Notes: a model not told the origin generated them from the sequence alone. A stretch of 63,567 nt of DNA from Acidobacteriota bacterium (GCA_046727855.1 JBKPDL010000027.1:1-63567), one strand, 5' to 3'; positions 1 to 9,880 are shown, counted from the first letter of the stretch. Program-made: numbers and translations.

Positions 1-251
1 AGAACCGACGGCGCGATCGTCCGGACCGAGATCACCTCGTAGCGAACAGCGCTGCCCTTGTAAATCGTATTGAAGATGCCTTGGTGTCCCGTGGCGATCA
101 GTTCACGAGTCCGAAAGTGCTCACCGCGGATGTTCACGAAATCGGCATCCTCGGCGAAAGGCCGCGCGAATCCCACGCCATCGGCCGCGTTCCACGCCTT
201 CTCGAGCTCACCAACGAGGTCCGAGACTAACTGCTCACGAGGTGCGTTCAT
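1..251 (-). CDS. SgcJ/EcaC family (SnoaL/NTF2-like) protein, 3' end outside window
   Basis: Hand translation MNAPREQLVSDLVGELEKAWNAADGVGFARPFAEDADFVNIRGEHF...; AAGGAG RBS at 261-266; not in ORF track. Confidence 0.8.
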   Translation of the reverse strand, partial: MNAPREQLVSDLVGELEKAWNAADGVGFARPFAEDADFVNIRGEHFRTRELIATGHQGIFNTIYKGSAVRYEVISVRTIAPSV

Positions 252-291
252 GCGCTTTGTCTCCTTATTGACACCAGGCGCTGTTGCCAGC

Positions 292-355
292 GCGACCTCC
301 GTCCCCGCCCGCAACCTCCGTCCCCGCCAGTGACCTCCGTCCCCGGCCAGCAACC
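292..355. repeat. 19-bp tandem repeat x3 (GCGACCTCCGTCCCCGCCA), copy A
   Basis: Units at 292-310, 311-329, 330-349; reverse complement of the arrays at 21753, 22828, 43144. Confidence 0.9.
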
Positions 356-412
356 GCCTGAGCAACGCTCGCGTAGCAGGCGACTCGCCGCATCGCCAGC
401 TGCATCAGACCA

Positions 413-1192
413 TCACGCACGTGGTGATGATGCTTCGACGACTAGCTCGTCGCCTTCATGAGAGAACTGTCGATCTGTGAACCCGCCGTTGATCCTGATG
501 TCTTCAAAACCGGCCTGCATCAGCAACCGTCTGATATCAGCGGGATAGAGGTACGCCAACTCGAGCCGGTGCAGCGATGTCCGCGTCAGCTCTCCGTCGG
601 CGGTGTACTCCTCGTATCGATGCTGCGAGTGCACCACCTGCCGGACGGTATCGTACTTGTTCGCTTCAGAGCGCATCACGAAGCCGCCTCCAGGAAGTGG
701 ATGGTTGCTAATCCACCGCCAAACGCCCGCCAGCGGCCCCGCGTGCCGTGCCATGAATTCAAGTGACGGATGGAAAACGTTGAACGCAACGCGACCACCT
801 GGCCGAAGATGTTGCCGCACTCGACCGAGACAAGCGAGCTGGTCCTCTTCGGTAACATTGTGCAGGAACGCGCGGTAAGGCGCGATGATCAACGCGAACC
901 GTTCCGGTAAATCGAAGGTCCGCATGTCGCCACGGACCAAGGTTACGCGAGTTCGCAGTTCGTGAGGACGCGTCGCGAGCTTGGCGGCGAGCGCATCGAG
1001 CATGGCCTCACTAGCATCGAGAGCATGAATCGCGACGCCAGCCTCGGCAATGGCAAGCGTCACGCGTCCAGTGCCTGCACCCAGTTCAAGCACGGGCCCG
1101 CCGCACTCCTGCGCCTTCCGACGGTACCAGTCGACGTCGCCCTGGAAAGTCGACGGTGTCACCACGTCGTAGAGTTCTGGTCGGTAGGTCAC
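413..1192 (-). CDS. class I SAM-dependent methyltransferase
   Basis: VLELGAGTGR motif I, GDMRTFDL, LRPGGRVAF. Confidence 0.9.
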   Translation of the reverse strand: MTYRPELYDVVTPSTFQGDVDWYRRKAQECGGPVLELGAGTGRVTLAIAEAGVAIHALDASEAMLDALAAKLATRPHELRTRVTLVRGDMRTFDLPERFALIIAPYRAFLHNVTEEDQLACLGRVRQHLRPGGRVAFNVFHPSLEFMARHAGPLAGVWRWISNHPLPGGGFVMRSEANKYDTVRQVVHSQHRYEEYTADGELTRTSLHRLELAYLYPADIRRLLMQAGFEDIRINGGFTDRQFSHEGDELVVEASSPRA

Positions 1193-1206
1193 GCGGGCTC
1201 ACTCAC

Positions 1207-1686
1207 TCAGCAGATTTCGTCTCGGCCGCGTTCGATAGGCGGCATCGCCGCCGCATCGAGTGCGAATTCGAACATCACCGTCTGGCCTGGCGCCTCGACG
1301 CCGCCGACTGCCGTGTACAGGCGGATGGCCGATGTGTTCGAGCGGTCAGTGAGCACCCATGCTTGCTTGCAGCCCACCGACCGGCCAGCGTCGAACAACG
1401 CGCGCAGGAGTCGAGTGGCCAGACCTCGTCGTTGGTGCGTCTGCGCCACGCCGACTTCGTTGACCCACAACTCCGGCGGCTTGTCTGGATGGACATAGTG
1501 AACCGCAGACGCAAAACCGACGATGCGTCCGGACTCGCGCGCGACGGCGAGATGATGCCGCGGGTCGGCGAGGAACTCGGCTGCCAGCTGCGGCTGCACG
1601 GGATCGTCGAACACGTCCGGTGCGACGTCACCAAGAATTGCTTCGTCCCCGGCACCGAGCAGGAGAATTTCGATCGTAGATCCCAT
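1207..1686 (-). CDS. GNAT family N-acetyltransferase
   Basis: EVGVAQTHQRRGLA acetyl-CoA motif and N..A..LY; start moved to ATG 1686 (MGSTIEIL). Confidence 0.85.
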   Translation of the reverse strand: MGSTIEILLLGAGDEAILGDVAPDVFDDPVQPQLAAEFLADPRHHLAVARESGRIVGFASAVHYVHPDKPPELWVNEVGVAQTHQRRGLATRLLRALFDAGRSVGCKQAWVLTDRSNTSAIRLYTAVGGVEAPGQTVMFEFALDAAAMPPIERGRDEIC

Positions 1687-2141
1687 GCACTGTCTGGTGG
1701 CCGCCGACGGCACACCGATTGCGCTGCCGCAACCCGCGAACCCGCGGAAATTCACCGTCCCTTCGTCCCTGTCGTTCGATAAGAACACGGCGTTGACAGC
1801 GGTCGACGGTTCGTCAATCGACCTGCCCGATCCGTAATTGAAAGCGCGATACGCCGACACAGGCGCAGGGCACGGCCCGGGAATGCACTCGACTCGTGGA
1901 GCGATGCTGATGCTCAGATTCGAGAACGTCTGCGATCCGGAACAGCCGTTGAAGGCGTGTCCGATCGTGATGCTCGTCACCACTTCATTCGCTGCAGCCG
2001 TGAAAGCAATCGACGACGCTTGTGCGGTTGTCCCGCTCTACTGGCCGGCATAGCCGGTTGCCGTCGCGCGCGTCGGACTCTGGCACGCGGTTCAGGGCGC
2101 ATAGCGCGATCACGAAGAAGAGGGGAGGCAACTCCCTTCAT
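1687..2141 (-). pseudogene. decayed putative lipoprotein gene
   Basis: Frameshifted signal peptide/lipobox (LFFVIALCAL..TAC), in-frame TAG at 2038-2040 in YAGQ*SGTT, Cys-containing body reading through into the GNAT. Confidence 0.55.
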
Positions 2142-2213
2142 CCCGCCCTCCGAGGCGAATCAACTGGAGCGAATCATACTCGGCCCGATCACCGGACTCC
2201 AATAGTTGGAATC

Positions 2214-2699
2214 TCAAGCAACAGCGTCCCGGGTCAGCTTCACATATTCGATCAGCGGCATTCCAAAAAAGTCGCGCACGGCGCCCGATCGGCGAAAGCC
2301 GTTCCGCTCGTAAAACCGCATCGCGCGTGTCAGCGGCTCGGTGGTATCGAGAGTAATGCGCTGGCATTCTTGACGGCGAAGTTCGTCTTCCGCGGCCTCG
2401 AGCAAGAGCTGCGCGACGCCGCGTCCCTGCTCGTTCGGAAGCACGGCCATCCCGCGCAAATGTCCCTCGGCGGCATCGATCATCGTGCAGCCAATGGTGC
2501 CGACGACGTTTCCGCGGTCGTCGACGACGACGAACACCGTCATCTCATGCAGCCGCTTCTGGACCGTGTCCATCGAGAGCACCGTGTCCGCAAAGGCCGA
2601 TGGCGTGTAGCTGTCACGGTATGGTTCAAATGCCGCGCGCAGACAATGGCACACAGCCTCAGCATCGACAGCCTTCGCCCGGCGGATTGTGAACGGCAC
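2214..2699 (-). CDS. GNAT family N-acetyltransferase
   Basis: MAVLPNEQGRGVA, AMRFYERNGF. Confidence 0.9.
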   Translation of the reverse strand: MPFTIRRAKAVDAEAVCHCLRAAFEPYRDSYTPSAFADTVLSMDTVQKRLHEMTVFVVVDDRGNVVGTIGCTMIDAAEGHLRGMAVLPNEQGRGVAQLLLEAAEDELRRQECQRITLDTTEPLTRAMRFYERNGFRRSGAVRDFFGMPLIEYVKLTRDAVA

Positions 2700-2700
2700 G

Positions 2701-4089
2701 TTAGCCGGCGCGCTCGATGATGTACTGATCGATCCGCCCGTCCGGGAGGATCATGACGGTGAGCGACATCGTTACTTCACCGGCCCGAATACGATAGGAC
2801 CGGATCGTCATGCCGCCACGAAGCGATTCGCCAGTTGCGACAAAATCCGTCGGCGGTCCCAGCGGCGCAAGGCTTGCCCCGTAGTCGGACAACACTTCCG
2901 GTGTGAAGTAGGCGTTGGCCGCTGCCGTGAATATCGATCGATCGATCATTGCCTTCGTGAGTCCATCGTAGATACGCCGAGCGGCGTCGCGCGCCTCCGC
3001 GCCGGCGCTCCGAGCATCAGCGAAAATCACGTTGGCAATCTGCTCGGCAATTCTTCCCGGAGCGCCTGCTGCGCCGGGATAGATGTTCGTGAACACCACG
3101 ATTGCCGCGCGATCGTCGGGATAGACGACATTGCTGGTCGTGTAGCCCGAGACCGCGCCGCCATGCGAAATGCGTCGCCGTCCGGCGGGAGCGCCGATAT
3201 TGACGCCGAGCCCGTAGCCGGTCGCATTGCCGGCCGCGAGAAGCATGTCGGTTTGTTGCGTCTTGTACGACGTCGGCTTCAGGATCGAACGGTTGATCAC
3301 CGCAATGTCCCATAGGGCAAGATCGTGCGCCGTCATTGCAAGCTGCCCCGCCCCGAACAACCAGCCCGGCGCCTCCTTCGGCGCCGGCCGCAAGGGTCCC
3401 AGAGCGTTTCGCAAAAGCGGCTGACCGTCGCTCGCGCCAAGTGGTGCGGCATCGTGATCCGCGACCGACGTCATCTTGAGCGGCGTGAAGATCCGCTGCC
3501 GCAGGAAATCCATGAAGCCGGTGCCGGTCACGCGCTCCACGATCGCGGCCGCGATCACGTAGTTGGTGTTGCTGTATTGCCACCTGGTGCCCGGCTCGAA
3601 GTCCAATGCCTTGCCGGCCCATTGCTGCATGATCTTCTGCGCGCTGGTGGGACGCTGCATGTCCGGGAACACATAGTCCTGCGGCCAGAAATCCTGGTAC
3701 CCGGCGGTCATCGACAACAGCTGCCGTACGCTGATGTCGCCCGCGCGCGTGAGGTGTGGAAACCACTTCGCCACTTTGTCGTCGAGCGAGAGCTTGCCCT
3801 CCTCCTGGAGGAGCAAAACCGCGGTTGCGGTGAACTGCTTGCTCACCGAGCCGATCGCGTACCGCATAGACGAAGATGCGGCCGTCGTTTTGGGATCGAT
3901 CCGAGCGTCGCCATAGGCGTGCTCGTACACGATCTCGCCGCCACGCACGACTGCGATCGACGCGCTCGGCGCAGCAGTGGCGTCGAGGACGGCCTGGGCG
4001 ATCTTGTCGATCGCGTCCCGTTCAGTTGTTGTCAGCGGTTGCGCCGCGGCAGGTGCGGCGAGAAGGATAAAGAGGACGAAGGCAATCAT
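2701..4089 (-). CDS. serine hydrolase, beta-lactamase class C/AmpC-like superfamily
   Basis: Signal peptide; SVSK (SxxK), YSN and HGG motifs. Confidence 0.9.
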   Translation of the reverse strand: MIAFVLFILLAAPAAAQPLTTTERDAIDKIAQAVLDATAAPSASIAVVRGGEIVYEHAYGDARIDPKTTAASSSMRYAIGSVSKQFTATAVLLLQEEGKLSLDDKVAKWFPHLTRAGDISVRQLLSMTAGYQDFWPQDYVFPDMQRPTSAQKIMQQWAGKALDFEPGTRWQYSNTNYVIAAAIVERVTGTGFMDFLRQRIFTPLKMTSVADHDAAPLGASDGQPLLRNALGPLRPAPKEAPGWLFGAGQLAMTAHDLALWDIAVINRSILKPTSYKTQQTDMLLAAGNATGYGLGVNIGAPAGRRRISHGGAVSGYTTSNVVYPDDRAAIVVFTNIYPGAAGAPGRIAEQIANVIFADARSAGAEARDAARRIYDGLTKAMIDRSIFTAAANAYFTPEVLSDYGASLAPLGPPTDFVATGESLRGGMTIRSYRIRAGEVTMSLTVMILPDGRIDQYIIERAG

Positions 4090-4095
4090 GTCAGC

Positions 4096-4422
4096 CTAGG
4101 CGTCGACGTGAACAGGCGTGAAGTCGGAAAACAGCTGCGACGCCTCCGCCATCTGCGACACGGGAACGTAGTCGCAGACCTTCCCGTACTCTTCCCACAT
4201 CTTGAGCACGACCGGATGGCTGTGCGCTGCCTGGATCGCGTCGGCAGATGCCCACTCGAACACTTCGATAAAGCTCCCGTCCTTGGCCTGCATCGTGATC
4301 GGCGCGCGTTTCGTCGCCAAGCCGAGCGAGCGAAGCGTCGCGACATGCGTCTGCATGAGCGCATGCAGCGCCTCCTGCTGCCCAGGCTTCGGTCGATAGC
4401 ACGCAATGACGATTCGGGTCAT
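4096..4422 (-). CDS. small dimeric alpha/beta-barrel (ABM-like) protein
   Basis: MTRIVIACYRPKPG...EVFEWAS..AAH pattern. Confidence 0.65.
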   Translation of the reverse strand: MTRIVIACYRPKPGQQEALHALMQTHVATLRSLGLATKRAPITMQAKDGSFIEVFEWASADAIQAAHSHPVVLKMWEEYGKVCDYVPVSQMAEASQLFSDFTPVHVDA

Positions 4423-4532
4423 CGTGCAGAGATACACCGATTGCGGTCACATTCCAAGAGATCTTTCACCCCCAAGCCGTGGCGCTTGAAGCATCAGAAT
4501 CGCGGTTTAATAGCCGGCCTGGAGGCAGTTGC

Positions 4533-5594
4533 ATGAATCGAGTCTCGCGCCGCGCGTTTCTGACCACTTCCGGCGCCGCGGCCGGCGGCGCCCTGACGGC
4601 GGTCCGTCCCGCCGCGCAAGCGCCACGCACTTCGGCGCTGACGTTGGCGTGCGCCAATTACGTGCGCTTCATGCCGATTGCGACGGGCGATGTGCGCCCG
4701 CGGGATCTGGCGCTGACATGGATCCGCGGCGAGCGCAACGAGATGCTGCGCCGCGCGACGGACGAACCGGGCGTTGATGGCGGCGAGACGTCGATGGCGC
4801 AGCACGTGCAGCGACTGGACCGCGGCGATCGATCGCTCGTGGCGATCCCGATCTTCCCGCTGCGGAACTTCACGGCCCGCGATCTCTACACGCGAAAGGG
4901 TATGCGGATCGCGAGCGGCTCGCTGACCGGCCGCCGCATTGGCATCTATAACTGGGCGGCCAGTGGCGCCGTGTGGTACCGCCACCTTCTGCGCTACCTC
5001 GGGAACGATACGAAGAAGATGCAGTGGATCGTAGGAGGCGTTGATGGCGCGGCCGCAGTACGGCTTCCCGACCCGCCGCTACCGTACGTCACGGCTGCGC
5101 CTGCGGGAACCTCTCTGAGCACCCTCCTGAAGGCGAGGACCGTGGACGCGCTCTTCGCGCCACTGCCGCCACGCGACTTCCAGTCTCTCGACGGACCGAT
5201 CGTACGCGCCTTTCCCGGCTTCCAGGTAATGGAGCAGAAGTACTTCGCCGAGACCGGCTGCTATCCGCCACAGCACGTCATCGTTGTCCGCCGTGCATCG
5301 TGGGAGCGCGAGCCCGCAGCCGGACCTCGGCTGGTGGAGGCCTTCAACGAGAGCGAGGTGATGTTCGAAGCGCTTCAGCGCCAGTTTCCCTATAACTCGC
5401 CGTGGTTGATCGAAGAGGTCGAGAACACTGCCCGTCTGCTCGGTCCGACGTACCACACACACGGCCTGGAACCGAACCGTCGTGCCGTGGACGTTTTTTG
5501 TCAGGCGGCGTTCGCCGACGGGTTGACGAAGCGGCGTGTGACGGTGGACGAGTTCTTTGCGGACTTCGTGGTCACGAGCCGGACGTCGGCCTGA
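4533..5594 (+). CDS. Tat-signal 4,5-dihydroxyphthalate decarboxylase-like / periplasmic binding protein type 2
   Basis: SRRAFL twin-arginine signal; AIPIFPLRNF and ETGCYPPQHVIVVRR motifs; GGAGG RBS. Confidence 0.75.
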   Translation: MNRVSRRAFLTTSGAAAGGALTAVRPAAQAPRTSALTLACANYVRFMPIATGDVRPRDLALTWIRGERNEMLRRATDEPGVDGGETSMAQHVQRLDRGDRSLVAIPIFPLRNFTARDLYTRKGMRIASGSLTGRRIGIYNWAASGAVWYRHLLRYLGNDTKKMQWIVGGVDGAAAVRLPDPPLPYVTAAPAGTSLSTLLKARTVDALFAPLPPRDFQSLDGPIVRAFPGFQVMEQKYFAETGCYPPQHVIVVRRASWEREPAAGPRLVEAFNESEVMFEALQRQFPYNSPWLIEEVENTARLLGPTYHTHGLEPNRRAVDVFCQAAFADGLTKRRVTVDEFFADFVVTSRTSA

Positions 5595-7299
5595 GCATGC
5601 GCTCCGCGTCGCGCGTCAGCTCGCCAGTCAGCTCCCAGCGCAGTAGCGAGATCGGCGCGAGCCCTGCGGCGTCGAGCTCGTCGACGAATTGCTGCATCGT
5701 AAAGCGATCGCCGAGCTGACGCCGGCGATCGGCGAGGAGCTTTTCGATCTCGATCTTGCCCACGAGATAGCTGATGCCGTAGCCGGGTTGCTGCAGATAG
5801 AGGTGCTGTTCGAAGCGAACGAGGTTGCCATCCAGGCGCAGCCAGCCGCGGGGCGTGTGGGCCGAGGTGAAGGCGGCGGTCGCCTCGATCGGCGCCTGTT
5901 CGCCGTGCATGCGCAGATCGCCGAGGGCACGCGCGGCACGCTGGGCGAGCAGGATATAAATGAGCTCGCGCGAGCGCGGCCGCGCGTCGAGCATGCCGGC
6001 GTGCATCATCATTTCTTCCCAGCCGGTGGCGAGCCCCTCCGTGCGCGTGATGAAGATGTTGTAGAGCAGCGGGCCGCGGCGAATCGCGCTCGCGTGCGGC
6101 AGGTGGATCATCCTCGCCTTGTCGAACCAGTGATAACCGTGGGTCCGCATCACCACGGGATCGCGGTAGTCCACTTCAGTGAAGAACTCCCATGGTGCCG
6201 GCGAGAAGCGGCCCACGCGCGCGGCAAGTGCCGGCTCCATGTAGTCGCGCACCGTCATAATCCGCCGGTCGCGAAGAAACGCCATGTACTCGGAGACCGC
6301 GGCGCGGAAGCGTCGGGTGTGCTCGCCGGCCGATGCGACAGGTGTTTGCGGCGGCAGCGCGGCGTTGCGCGCTTCCTCGAGTGCCAAGGTGCTGTGCGCC
6401 CTGGCAAGCTCGTGCTCCATGAGTGCGACGAGATCGCGCCACGTGTAGGGCAGCAGCATGACGTGGCGCAGGTACCAGTCATAGCTCTCGAGGCCGATGC
6501 CAGACGGCCCGGTCTTCGATGGCGTCTCTTTCTCGAGCCAAGCCGCGAATTCTTCACTGGCGGTCCGCGCGCGCTCCACTTCCTGCGCGAGCGCTCCGTC
6601 CGCCGACGTCAGGCGTGCGGAGAGCGCCTGCAGATCCGAGGCCTGCTGCCTAAGATCGCGCGCGCCATGCATCCACAGATCTTTCCCGTTTCCGGTGAGA
6701 TTCGTCCGGGCTTGGGCCAGGAGTCCCGGCACCGCGCGCACACCGTCTGCGACCCTGGCGGCGTCTTGCGGCGCCAGCGGAAAGCGGTAGCTCCACAACT
6801 CGACTGCGCCGTACGCGAACGGCCCCTCGCGCGCCGGCTGATCGCTCTCGTCCGGGAAAATCGTCACGTAGAAGGCGGGGTTATTGGCCCACGGCCTCAG
6901 CACCCGGTGATCGAACTCGAGGCCGTTCATCTCGGCGCGGACGATGTGGTAGTCCACCTGCTGCGGGATCGGCCAGGCCGAGGGATTGATCGCCGCGAGC
7001 CGCGCCTGATAGCCCGCGAGCGCCTTCTGCTGCGAAGACATGGCGGCCGCCGTGTAGTCGGGTACGCCGTCAACGATCCTCGGACGCTGAAAGGTGCGCC
7101 ACTCGGAAAAGAGCGAGACGAGATCTTCGTAGCGCGCGCTCGTGACGGCCCGACCCGCAGACGTTGCGCCGACGCCGGGCCGCTGTTCACCTTTGCAGCC
7201 GGCGGCGAACGTGGGCAGCACAAAAACCAGCGCCAGTCCGCAGAGCGGGAGCAGGCGCGTCTTGGCCGACGTCTTGGGGCGGGCGGAAAACGAACCCAA
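5572..7299 (-). CDS. DUF885 family lipoprotein
   Basis: Lipobox AAGC; EGLATGWEE, QQPGYGISYLVGK C-terminal motifs. Confidence 0.75.
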   Translation of the reverse strand: MGSFSARPKTSAKTRLLPLCGLALVFVLPTFAAGCKGEQRPGVGATSAGRAVTSARYEDLVSLFSEWRTFQRPRIVDGVPDYTAAAMSSQQKALAGYQARLAAINPSAWPIPQQVDYHIVRAEMNGLEFDHRVLRPWANNPAFYVTIFPDESDQPAREGPFAYGAVELWSYRFPLAPQDAARVADGVRAVPGLLAQARTNLTGNGKDLWMHGARDLRQQASDLQALSARLTSADGALAQEVERARTASEEFAAWLEKETPSKTGPSGIGLESYDWYLRHVMLLPYTWRDLVALMEHELARAHSTLALEEARNAALPPQTPVASAGEHTRRFRAAVSEYMAFLRDRRIMTVRDYMEPALAARVGRFSPAPWEFFTEVDYRDPVVMRTHGYHWFDKARMIHLPHASAIRRGPLLYNIFITRTEGLATGWEEMMMHAGMLDARPRSRELIYILLAQRAARALGDLRMHGEQAPIEATAAFTSAHTPRGWLRLDGNLVRFEQHLYLQQPGYGISYLVGKIEIEKLLADRRRQLGDRFTMQQFVDELDAAGLAPISLLRWELTGELTRDAERMLRPTSGS

Positions 7300-7305
7300 G
7301 GTTGC

Positions 7306-8367
7306 CTACTTGATCGTGCCTCGTCCGGCGCGTTCCTGATATCGCGCGCCGCGCAGAATGCCGTCGACCGCCCGGTTTCCCTCGTGGCAGGCATACTCGT
7401 AAATGCGGTACTCGTCGTCCTTCATCAGCGGGAACGCCAGCGTCCATGGGCGGGTGAAGACCGCGGGATCGTCGATCCGCGCTTCGTAATCGATGCGGTC
7501 GGGCGCGACGCGCGTGAAGCGCTCGACGATTTTGAGCGCGGTGCTTTGCGGAATGCCCTTGATGCGCCCGGACGCCGCGCTGGTCGCGATCCAGTTCCGG
7601 TCGGTGAAGTTGGTGGTTTCCACGACGAGCGTGTCGCCCTCCCAGTGTCCACGCGAGTCGCCCTCCAACAGCCGGATCGACTCTGGCAGCGGCGGAGGGG
7701 CGTCGACCCTTCGACTTCGCTCAGGGTCGTCCTGAGCCTGTCGAAGGACGAGCGGAATGATGCGCGCGTCGTGAATCATCTCGGCATGAATGACGACATA
7801 GCCTGGTGTCTGTACGATCTGATAGGCGTTGTTATAGCCCGCGGGGATCACCCAGCCCGGCACGCCGCGCGAAATGCAGCGGTCCCACATGCTCATGAAC
7901 TCGGGATGGTCGGTGCTGCGGGTGAGATTCTCGTCGCGCCGAGCCTCTGCTTCCGGGCGCACGGGAACGCGGCCATCAGGCGGATCGACAACGAGCGAGG
8001 TCTGGCGCGTTGGCATCACTTTGGTGCCCGAGTCGAACCAGAACTCGTTGTAGCTGCCGATATCACCCGGTTTGAGATTGTCGTCGGCCGTCGCGCGGCG
8101 TTTCTCCGCCTGCAGTTCGAGCGCGGTGGCCTCGGCTTCGGTCAGGTATTTCCGCTCTCCGAGACTGCGCGGCCGCTCGAGCGGGGTGAGCGTGGCGTTG
8201 GTCCAGATGCCTTGCAGATCAGGATGACCGTCCGGCGCGCGCGGCACCTTCCACGCGCCATCCGTCTGGGTACGCGCCGGAGTCTGGGCCGTCATCGACA
8301 CGCTCCCGGCCAACACCGAGATCGCGAGCATCGCGCACGCCACTGGCAATCCAACCTGGTCTCGCAT
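7306..8367 (-). CDS. secreted conserved hypothetical protein carrying a 15-aa palindrome-derived insertion
   Basis: Signal peptide; PDLQGIW, GDSRGHWEGDTLVVETTNF, EYACHEGN motifs; AGGAG RBS. Confidence 0.8.
   Translation of the reverse strand: MRDQVGLPVACAMLAISVLAGSVSMTAQTPARTQTDGAWKVPRAPDGHPDLQGIWTNATLTPLERPRSLGERKYLTEAEATALELQAEKRRATADDNLKPGDIGSYNEFWFDSGTKVMPTRQTSLVVDPPDGRVPVRPEAEARRDENLTRSTDHPEFMSMWDRCISRGVPGWVIPAGYNNAYQIVQTPGYVVIHAEMIHDARIIPLVLRQAQDDPERSRRVDAPPPLPESIRLLEGDSRGHWEGDTLVVETTNFTDRNWIATSAASGRIKGIPQSTALKIVERFTRVAPDRIDYEARIDDPAVFTRPWTLAFPLMKDDEYRIYEYACHEGNRAVDGILRGARYQERAGRGTIK
7705..7749. repeat. 45-bp REP-like palindromic element inside CDS
   Basis: GACCCTTCGACTTCGCTCAGGGTCGTCCTGAGCCTGTCGAAGGAC; arms CCTTCGAC/GTCGAAGG and GCTCAGG/CCTGAGC; CGA repeated at 7704-7706 and 7749-7751. 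Confidence 0.85.
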
Positions 8368-8395
8368 CAACCGCTCTCCTCTCAACAACCGGACG

Positions 8396-9877
8396 TCACG
8401 TTGTCACGATTTGCGGGATCAACGTCCCATAGACGTCAGTCAGACGCATATCGCGGCCATTGAAACGGTACGTCAGCTTCTTGTGATCGAGCCCCAGCAG
8501 GTGGAGCATCGTCGCGTGCAGATCGTGATACGAGATCGGCTGCTCCTGCGCCTTATAGCCGAACTCGTCGCTGGCGCCGATCACCTGACCACCTTTGATG
8601 CCCGCGCCTGCCATCAACACGGTCTGCGCGCCCGGATTGTGATCGCGCCCGACGCCGCGCTGCGAAATCGGCATGCGGCCGAACTCTGAATGCAGAATCA
8701 CCAGCGTCGAGTCGAGCAACCCGCGTGCCTGCAAGTCGACGAGCAACCCGGCAGCAGGTTTGTCGATCTCGGCCGCGTGCTGCGTGTGATTCGATTTGAC
8801 GTCGCCGTGCGCATCCCACGTGTCGACGTTTTGATTGCCGACCCCTCCCGAGAAGATCTGCACGAAGCGGACTCCGCGTTCGACAAGTCGCCGCGCCATC
8901 AGACACTGCCGCCCAAACGGCTCCGTCACCGGATCGTCGAGGCCGTAGAGCTTCTTGGTTGCCTCGGATTCGCTCGCCAGATCCACCGCGCTCGGGGCGC
9001 ACCCCTGCATGCGATAGGCCAGCTCGTAGGAGGAGATGCGCGCCGCCAACTCGCTGTTGCCCGGATATCGCTGCATGTCCAGCTCGTTGAGCTTCGCCAG
9101 CGCATCGAGCCGCATGCGCTGATCCTCTGCGCTCACCGTCGCTGGCGGCTTGAGATCCACTATCGGATCGCCCGTTGATCGGAACAGCGTGCCCTGATAT
9201 GCCGCCGGCATGTACCCGGCGCTCCAATCGTTCGGACCGCCAAGCGGTCCTCCGCGAGCGTCGGTCATCACGACAAACGCCGGCAGGCTCGACGACACGG
9301 ACCCAAGTCCATAAGTGACCCACGCGCCGACACTCGGGAACCCCAGGTTGATCTGGCCGGTCTGCATCTCGTAGGTTCCTTGCACGTGATCATTGGACCG
9401 GCCGTACACCGATCGCACAAACGCGATCTCGTCAACGCGCTGGCTGAGAAACGGAAAGATCTCCGAAACGTCGATCCCGCTGGCGCCATATTTCTTGAAG
9501 CTGAAAGGACTCGGCATGAGCGGGCCCGGCGACCCCTGCCGCACGATGACGTCGCCTTTGACCTTGTCGTCGATCGGTTGGCCCGCGTACTTGGTCAGCG
9601 CCGGCTTCGGATCGAACGTGTCGACCTGGCTCCACCCGCCGCCCATGAACAGCGAAATGACGGCGGTGGCGCGTGGCTTGAAATGCGAGGGCTTCGGCGC
9701 GTACGGATTGGCGCCGACTGGCGTTGCGGAACACGCGTCGCTCTGGCCTGCGGGCGCGGCCGACAGGAGTCGATCGCGGTCGAGCAGGTACGCGAGCGCA
9801 AGCCCGCTGATCCCTCCGCCGGAGCGGAACAGGAATTCTCGCCGATCCCAGAAGTATCGGTTACATCGATGCGACAT
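8396..9877 (-). CDS. DUF1501 domain protein (Tat-exported, sulfatase-like)
   Basis: DRREFL signal; FMGGGWSQVDTFDPKP, ARRLVERGVRFVQ, WDAH, SEFGRMP, GRDHNP. Confidence 0.9.
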   Translation of the reverse strand: MSHRCNRYFWDRREFLFRSGGGISGLALAYLLDRDRLLSAAPAGQSDACSATPVGANPYAPKPSHFKPRATAVISLFMGGGWSQVDTFDPKPALTKYAGQPIDDKVKGDVIVRQGSPGPLMPSPFSFKKYGASGIDVSEIFPFLSQRVDEIAFVRSVYGRSNDHVQGTYEMQTGQINLGFPSVGAWVTYGLGSVSSSLPAFVVMTDARGGPLGGPNDWSAGYMPAAYQGTLFRSTGDPIVDLKPPATVSAEDQRMRLDALAKLNELDMQRYPGNSELAARISSYELAYRMQGCAPSAVDLASESEATKKLYGLDDPVTEPFGRQCLMARRLVERGVRFVQIFSGGVGNQNVDTWDAHGDVKSNHTQHAAEIDKPAAGLLVDLQARGLLDSTLVILHSEFGRMPISQRGVGRDHNPGAQTVLMAGAGIKGGQVIGASDEFGYKAQEQPISYHDLHATMLHLLGLDHKKLTYRFNGRDMRLTDVYGTLIPQIVTT

Positions 9878-9880
9878 CGC

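Noticed and set aside
292-355. 19-bp triplets as Tn7/Tn402-type transposon ends
   Set aside because: Only copy A has a nearby TGT (282); the other copies lack TGT/ACA termini, and no transposase or target duplication is visible.
2038-2040. In-frame TAG as stop-codon recoding
   Set aside because: TAG terminates tuf, rpmG, rplK and rplL normally, and the same remnant also has frameshifts.
5689-8463. Long antisense ORFs (924 aa here; also 50268-51458, 51795-54299, 54839-56947, 59181-60305)
   Set aside because: Shadow frames opposite well-supported genes in high-GC DNA.
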